Made by a program: the position numbers and the translations under genes. The notes beneath the pieces were generated by a model. That model saw nothing but the letters and a program-made list of their open reading frames with translations, had not been told where the DNA came from and did no database searches. A stretch of DNA of 64,000 nt from Eledone cirrhosa. Taxonomy: Eukaryota. The stretch is taken from the NCBI GenBank assembly GCA_964016885.1, contig OZ024756.1, forward strand, positions 31,496,001 through 31,560,000. Direction: 5' to 3'. Of the stretch, positions 56,628 through 64,000 are shown one piece after another (the first letter of the stretch is position 1; every line of letters begins with the position of its first letter).

Positions 56628-57037
56628 TACCTCTTCGGTGATGCTCTGATTGACTTTTTCAAATTTCATTTGAAAAGGAAAATCAGAGTAGAGAGGGAAG
56701 TGCTCTCTTCCCAGCATTTTGTTGAAAGATGGGTGAGAGAAGCAAGAATGGCCCGAGTGAATGGGCCTACTCTGAGTATATATCTGTAAATTAAAGGTGG
56801 AAAACTGGGAGAGGGCACTTGCCTTGGTGGTCAGGGTCATTGTGGCTTTTTACTGGGCTTTCTCCACAAATGTCCCTCCGAAGTCTCCCCCCTATTGGGG
56901 AATTTTTCATTGTTATTTTTTGTTACATCCTCTGTTTTTGTTTTTTACACGCAGAAATGCCCATTTGTACCGTCCTGCATTGTCCTGCACTGTCCTTAAT
57001 GTCTACTTTATGTAAACCCTTGTGGTTAATAAAGAAA

Positions 57038-57039
<2 letters not shown>
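56628..57039 (+). mobile_element. 5'-truncated Tx1-like LINE 3' end inserted in (ATT)n
   Basis: 56628-56789 encodes YLFGDALIDFFKFHLKRKIRVEREVLSSQHFVERWVREARMARVNGPTLSIYL*; ends CCCTTGTGGTTAATAAAGAAATC; ATT repeats on both sides. Confidence 0.78.
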
Positions 57040-57073
<34 letters not shown>

Positions 57074-57075
<2 letters not shown>

Positions 57076-57260
57076 GGATTGGCAGTATCGGTAGAGGGTC
57101 GGACGCCATGCTTTGCAGCAACGAGTTACGGCCCTTGCCATTCTGAGTTCAAATCCCGCCGAGGTTAACTTTGCCTTTCATCCTTACGGGGTTGATAAAA
57201 TAAAGTACCAGTGATGCACTAGGGTAATTGCTGGCCTTGTGCCAAAAGTAGAAACAATTA
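57074..57260 (+). mobile_element. Meta-domain SINE, full length
   Basis: Head, B box, Meta core and 3' end. Confidence 0.88.
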
Positions 57261-57670
57261 TTTTTATTATTGTTGTTGTTGTTGTTAGTGTTGTTGTGAG
57301 TGTTGTTGTTGTGAGTGCTGTTGTTGTTGTTGTTGTGATTGTTGTTGTTATATCATTTTATGGCTTCTCTATTCAATTTAGACACTATTTTTAGCGTATG
57401 ATGGAAAGAAGGTGGTGTGGTGTGATGTGGTGGGGTGGAGTGGGGTGGAGTGGGGTGTGGTGTGGTGTGGTGGGATAGTGGAGTGGTGGGGTGTAGTGTG
57501 GTGTAGGGTGGTCTGGTGTAGTGGTGTGGTGCTGGGGGGGGGGGGGTTGCGATAGAGTTTAGAACATTCGAGAGAACGTTGGAGAGAACAATACAGATTT
57601 TTGTTGGGAGTTATTTTAGAATTTATTACTTTTGTGTGTGTGTGTGTGTGACTGCGTGTGTGTGTGTGTG

Positions 57671-57711
<41 letters not shown>

Positions 57712-57841
57712 CTGTGTGTCTGTGACTGTGTGTATGTGTGTGACAGTGTGTGACTGTGTGTGTTTCTGTGTGTGTGTGAGGGAGTGTATGTGTATGTATG
57801 AGTGCGTGTGTGTGTGTCTCTGTGTGTGTGTGTGAGTGAGA

Positions 57842-57872
<31 letters not shown>

Positions 57873-58356
57873 TGTGGAAGGGGGGATTGTTTTGTGAGTG
57901 TGTGTGTACGTATGTGTGTGTTTGTGAGAGAGTGTGTGTGTGTATGTGTATGTGTGTGTGTATGTATGTGTGCGTGTGTGTGTGAGTGTATGTATGTGTG
58001 TGTCTTTTATGCAACAGCTATCTGCAATACATGCATTTATATAACAACAATATGGCGCTCTTGTCTTTGGTTTTGTCTTGGCATTGTTGTAGTTGTTTTT
58101 TTTTATGTTGATATTGCAGTTGATATTGTAGTTATTGTTGTAGTTACTGTTGTACTTGATATTGCAGTTGTTGTTGTAGTTGTTGCAGTAGTTGTTGTTG
58201 TAGTTGATATTTATGTTGTTTTATGTTGTTGTTGTTGTTTTTCGCTTGGCTAAATGTACAGCATTAATCTCCTTTTGCGTTAGTAGCGATCGTTTAACAA
58301 TGCCAACTTCTAGTTCTTTTGTTTAGCAAGAATAACACGCACACATACACACATAC

Positions 58357-58395
<39 letters not shown>

Positions 58396-58418
58396 TATAT
58401 AATATATATATTATATAA

Positions 58419-58520
<102 letters not shown>

Positions 58521-58521
58521 T

Positions 58522-58573
<52 letters not shown>

Positions 58574-58590
58574 GTATATATATATATACG

Positions 58591-58638
<48 letters not shown>

Positions 58639-58776
58639 TACACATATAAAGACATGAAGATATATATATATATAGTGGTTTTGGTAATAACTACCACTAT
58701 ATTTATGCATATATATATACAAGTATATATGTTAAAATATATATATATATATATATACATACAAGTAGTATATATG

Positions 58777-58822
<46 letters not shown>

Positions 58823-58966
58823 CTATACCACACTAAACTATGCTATACAGTAGTTTTTGTTGTTGCCAAGACTATGACAGCGGTGGAAGATGGTTAGAGA
58901 GTTTATTGTTATAGGGTCTTTTTTTATTTTTGGCATTTTTGTATTAGTTTTGTTTGTTTCTTTGTG

Positions 58967-59001
<35 letters not shown>

Positions 59002-59322
59002 GTGTCTTTATTTGTTTTTATATCTTTTTTGTATTCTTATTTTCTTGTTTTACTTGTTTCTTCTTTCTTATGCACGAACAATCAATCTCTTACAACGTTT
59101 GAATTGTGAGCTTCAAGTCTTGCAAATGTTGGAGGTTTTTTGGCACTTTCGAAACTCCTCCCTCAAACGGTAATCACGTTAGAAACGATAATCACGTTAG
59201 CAATGACTGGAATATAGTAAATAGGTTTGTGGTAATTTTGTAATACAAAAAAAATAACAAAAAAAATAACAAAACAAAACAAAAATAAATAATAATAACA
59301 ATAATAATAGTAAATAATAATG

Positions 59323-59366
<44 letters not shown>

Positions 59367-59369
<3 letters not shown>

Positions 59370-59607
59370 TGTTTCTACTTTTGGCACAAGGCCAGCAAAT
59401 TACCCCAGCGCATGACTGGTACTTTATTTTATCGACCCCGGAAGGATGAAAGGCAAAGTTAACCTCGGCGGGATTTGAACTCAGAATGGCAAGGGCCGTA
59501 ACTCTATACGTCAAAGCATGGCGTCCGACCCACTACCGATACTGCCAATACACCGCCCTTAATAATAATAATAATAATAATGATTTCATTTATTAGCCAC
59601 AAGGGCC
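59367..59607 (-). mobile_element. Meta-domain SINE (59367-59560) preceded by a Tx1-like 3' tip (59581-59607), both in (ATT)n
   Basis: Minus strand: GGCCCTTGTGGCTAATAAATGAAATC-(ATT)n-AGGGCGGTGTATTGGCAG... Confidence 0.85.
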
Positions 59608-59609
59608 TG

Positions 59610-59659
<50 letters not shown>

Positions 59660-60560
59660 GTTAATGAATTAAAAAAAGGAAGAAAAGGAATCCATCATAT
59701 TCTCCAATTCACGTGAGATATTCATACTAATCACTTCTGTTATTTTGATTGTTGATGTTGTTGTTGTTGTTGTTGCTGTGGTTGTTGTGTGTGTATGTAT
59801 GTGTATGTATGTGTATGCATGTATGCGAGTGTGTGTGTGTGTATGCATGTGTGCGAGTGTGTGTGTGTATGCGTGTGTGCAAGGGTATGCATGTGTGCGA
59901 GTGTGTGTGTGTGTGTGTATGCATGCATATATGCGTGTGTGCGTGTCTGTCTGTGTGTATGTGTGTGTGTGTATGCACGTGTTCGTGTGTGTGTCTCTGT
60001 GTGTGTATGTATGCGTGTGTGCGAGTGTATGCATGTGTGCGAGTGTGTGTGTGTGTGTGTATGGGGAATGGGTTGGGTTGTTGTGTTTCATTTGTTTATT
60101 TTTGGTGCCGTTGTTGTTGTTGCTGTTGTTGTTGTGGCTGATAAATCTGTTTTTGTTGTTGATGCTGTTAATGTTGTTTTGTTTGTTACTGTTGCTGTTG
60201 TTGCTGATGCTGCAGCTGTTGTTGTTGTTGGTATTGTTGATGCTGTTGTTGATGCTGCTGTTGTTATTGTTGCTGTGATTGCTGATGCTGCTGTTGTTGT
60301 TGTTATGGTTGCTGATGCTGCTGTTGTTGTTTCTTTTGGGGGGGGCTCTTGTTATTGCTATTGTTGTAGCTGTTGTTGTTGTAGTTCTTGTTATTGATGA
60401 TTATGATGATGATGTTGCTTTTCATCTTTGTCATTTTCTTTTTCTTTCCGTCTTTTCCATCTTCTGATCTTCACCACATTCCCTGTCTAACTTCCTTCAT
60501 ACGAAGTAACTGATGTGTATGTATGTGTGTATGCATCTATGTATGATTCCAGGTATACAC

Positions 60561-60683
60561 AACAGAAACGTGAAATAAAGCGTCTTACTCAAGGACACAA
60601 TGCATAACCCGGTCTGAGAATTGAACCCACGACCTCACAATTGCGAATCCAGCTTTCTAACCACTAAGCCACGCGTCTTCACA
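60561..60683 (-). mobile_element. tRNA-head CORE-type SINE (second family)
   Basis: Minus strand: GTGGCTTAGTGG, GGTTCAATTC, TGTGTCCTTGAGTAAGACGCTTTATTTCACG. Confidence 0.72.
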
Positions 60684-60949
60684 TATAATTAATTAATTAT
60701 AATCATCCAATAACTTCGTAATGAATAGATACTTTATTTTTTCAGAAGACAATAAATTGTATTATGTAAACTAACATGAACGTAACTATATAATAAATTA
60801 ATCTTAATTATATTTATTTAATTATGTTTAAAACTAATTATATTTTCTGTTTCTGTTTTGTGAGATGTGTACGCCAACGTAATCTACTCCAACTCCACTC
60901 CACTCTCGTGTATAGAATGTTTAGAATCCACCGTCCGGTTTCGATTCCT

Positions 60950-61800
60950 CATCACCATCACCATCAACATCATCGCCAACATGACTATTATTACCAGAAA
61001 TATCTCCATCATCACCACCACACTCACCACCAACTATCATTACCAGCGACATCATCATCATCATCACCATCATCATCACTATCATTACCACCAGCATTTC
61101 CATCATCACCACTCCATTACCACCACCACCATTACCATCACAACCACTATTACCACCGCCACCATCACCACCATTACCACCACCACCACCATCATTACTA
61201 CAACCACCACTATTACCACCACCACCACCACCACCATTACCACCACCATCATCATTACCATCAACTTCATCATCTTATCACAACCACCACCACCGCCACC
61301 TACCATTACCAGCATTATTATCAACGCCACAACTACCATCAGTATAACCACCATCATCACTATCGCCACCAACAATGTCATTATCAACAACACAAACTCC
61401 CCACCGCCACCACCAATCCCTCTATTATTACCATCAACATCACCACCACCACCACCATCCCCACTATAATCATCACCTTCATAACTACCACCACCAAAAC
61501 CACTATAGACACCACCACCACCATAATCACTATAGACACCACCATCATCACCATAACCACTATAGACACCGCCACCATCACCACTATAGTCAACACCACC
61601 ATCATCACCACCATAACCACTATAGACACCACCAAAACCACTATAGCCACCACTCCCCACCACCATCACCGTACCGCCACCATAGCCACTACCCCTACCA
61701 CCACTATAGCCACACACCCCCACCCCACCCCACCACCACTACAGACATCACCACTATAGCCACCACCATCCTCACCACCACCAATCCTAACACTCCCACA
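60950..61800. repeat. CAC/CAT low-complexity region and CACTATAG-containing minisatellite
   Basis: Directly visible repeat. Confidence 0.8.
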
Positions 61801-62080
61801 TGACAGAGTAATGTGTTATATAAGACTAACAGCTATTTAAATTGATAGACAATGTTGACCTCTAGTGAATGGTTGACCTGTCAGAAATACAAAGGTCAAA
61901 CAGGATGACCCTCAGATATTGCCAATAACAATTTATCCAATAGCCAGCAACCAAGCTGAAATTGTTCTTTGCTGTTGTATATTGGTTATTTAGAGCGAAG
62001 GGGAGGTATGGCGGAAGACATGAATGTTTTCTACTTCCCGCTAACGTAGGATATTTGGGAAAGGGATGTATGCGTGTGTA

Positions 62081-62140
<60 letters not shown>

Positions 62141-62229
62141 TTACATGTATATAAGTGTGTGTGTAAATATATATATATATAAATATTATTATATTTGTTG
62201 AATTACCAACAAACTGAATATCCCTTTTG

Positions 62230-62264
<35 letters not shown>

Positions 62265-62388
62265 ACATGTATATAAGTGTGTATATATATATATGTGTAT
62301 ATATATATATATATATATCACATGTATATCTGTGTGTGTATATATATTTATAAGTGTATATATATATATATATACGTTTATTTTATGC

Positions 62389-62419
<31 letters not shown>

Positions 62420-62603
62420 ACATGTATATAAGTGTGTGTATATATATATGTATATATATATATATATATATATACATAATCGGAGAAAGCTAATAGCGAT
62501 ACTCCGGCCAAATTCCAACACTTAAGTATAATCTCAATTAAACGTTTGGGGTGCTAACTATATTGTATTGTGTGGATAATTGGCTGTATTATTTCATATG
62601 AGA

Positions 62604-62783
62604 CGGTGGATTGGCAGTATCGTGAGAGGGTCGGACGCCATGCTTTGCAGTACAGTTACGTCCCTTTACGGCCTGAGTTCAAATCCCGCCGAGGTTAACT
62701 TTGCCTTTCATCCTTACGGGGGTCGATAAAATAAAGTACCAGTAATACACTGAGATAATTGTGCCAAAAGTAGAAACAATTAT
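62604..62783 (+). mobile_element. Meta-domain SINE with target-site duplication
   Basis: TTATTTCATATGAGA occurs on both sides (about 62589-62603 and 62780-62794). Confidence 0.88.
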
Positions 62784-63234
62784 TTCATATGAGATATATC
62801 AAATATATCATTTCCCAGACGACTCGTTTCATTATAAGATTTCTATAAGTTGGGTGAAAATGTACCAAGTTACGTAGAAGCTTGTATAAGATCAACAGAT
62901 ACTTATATATATATATATATATGTACATGTACATGTGTGTATGTGTGGGGGGGGGGCGCGCGCGAAAAATAAGACAAGGAGAGTTGAGGTAGGAGCGGGG
63001 TTGTTGGAGGAGTCGTTGTAAGGCAAGGAGGGAGAAGGGAGGGGGTGCCGTGGTGGAGACCCGTTCAAAGATATGAGGTGGCAAGAGGTAAGGGAGAGGT
63101 AGTGCTATGGAGGTAGTTGTTCGAAGGCAAGATGTGGTGAGGGGTGAAGGAGGATTGTTGGCGGAGGAGGTGTCATCAGAAGGCTGCGAAAACAACTCCT
63201 AAACCACACATAATTATTTACATTTGTATTAATC

Positions 63235-63390
63235 GCTAGAGGGTCGGACGCCATGCTTTGCAGCATAGAGTTACGTCCCTTTACGGTCTGAGTTCAAATC
63301 CTGCCGAGGTTAACTTACGGGGTCGATAAAACGAAGTACCAGTAATACACTGATAATTGCTGGCCTTGTGCCAAAAATAGAAACAATTAT
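63235..63390 (+). mobile_element. Meta-domain SINE with internal deletion
   Basis: GAGGTTAACTTACGGGGTCGA lacks the TTGCCTTTCATCC segment. Confidence 0.82.
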
Positions 63391-63827
63391 CAACATTTCC
63401 TTTTCAGTGTATATTGAAAATATTTGCTCATAAAATATTTTCTCTGAATGTTTGCAGGGTGAGGTGGGAGGAGGGGCAAAAAACATTGAGGCGACTTTGC
63501 TAAGAAAAGAAAAAGAAAATACTAAACATACACGAGTAACTTCCCTTGAAATAATTAAGGGAAGTAACTCTAAATGTTTTTGAGATGTTGGTTGGTTCCT
63601 TCGCGCATCTCACGGAAACTAAAACTGATAATCGAAAAGTAAATACAGCAATGGAATAAGGGTATACCCAGGAAGGTTTATTGATACTAATTTTATAAAA
63701 TCAAAGAAAAACATCTCGGGTATGCTATCCAACCTGACTGCTATTTCTAGCAGGTTGGGAATCAACCATAAGTCCATTCAAACAATGACCACGTCATCTT
63801 TTTATTCACATATCATATAGCTAAGTA

Positions 63828-64000
63828 AAGGTGCGTGGCTCCGTGGTTAGGATATACCGCTTAGAATCGTAAGAACGTGATTTCGATTCGCGTTGCTCCG
63901 GTCCACCCAGCTGGTAAAAATGAGTTATACCTGTAATTCGAATGGTTAGCCTTAGTAAATTCTGTATCATTCTGAATCTCCCTGAGAAGTACGTTAAGGG
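63828..64000 (+). mobile_element. tRNA-head CORE-type SINE (second family), degenerate
   Basis: GTGCGTGGCTCCGTGGTTAGG head; CGTTGCTCCGGTCCAC and ATACCTGTAATTC body. Confidence 0.6.

Overview
Repeat-saturated, AT-rich metazoan genomic DNA. The very dense TA/CA/GA/ATT microsatellites and a Meta-domain tRNA-SINE suggest a cephalopod such as Octopus (inference). I can support no host gene; almost all ORFs in the track are microsatellite artefacts. Real content: (1) an apparently intact L1/Tx1-clade LINE on the minus strand (1-4772; ORF1 with a CCHC knuckle, ORF2 with APE + RT, running off the window edge); (2) 5'-truncated Tx1-like 3' ends sitting in (ATT)n or (GATA)n; (3) about 15 Meta-domain SINE copies whose 3' end resembles the Tx1-like 3' end; (4) a second tRNA/CORE-type SINE, a hAT MITE, an RTE fragment and several fold-back elements in (TA)n. 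The main finding is at 30570-33669: a 6.4-copy, near-identical 485-bp tandem array inserted in (TA)n. Every unit carries a type I hammerhead ribozyme on the minus strand (CUGACGA...GAAA, palindromic stem III, GUA cleavage site, long stem II), making it a candidate non-LTR retrozyme/circular-RNA concatemer. A minimal Penelope-type hammerhead (10325-10360) and a dispersed family of fold-back half-hammerheads are also present.
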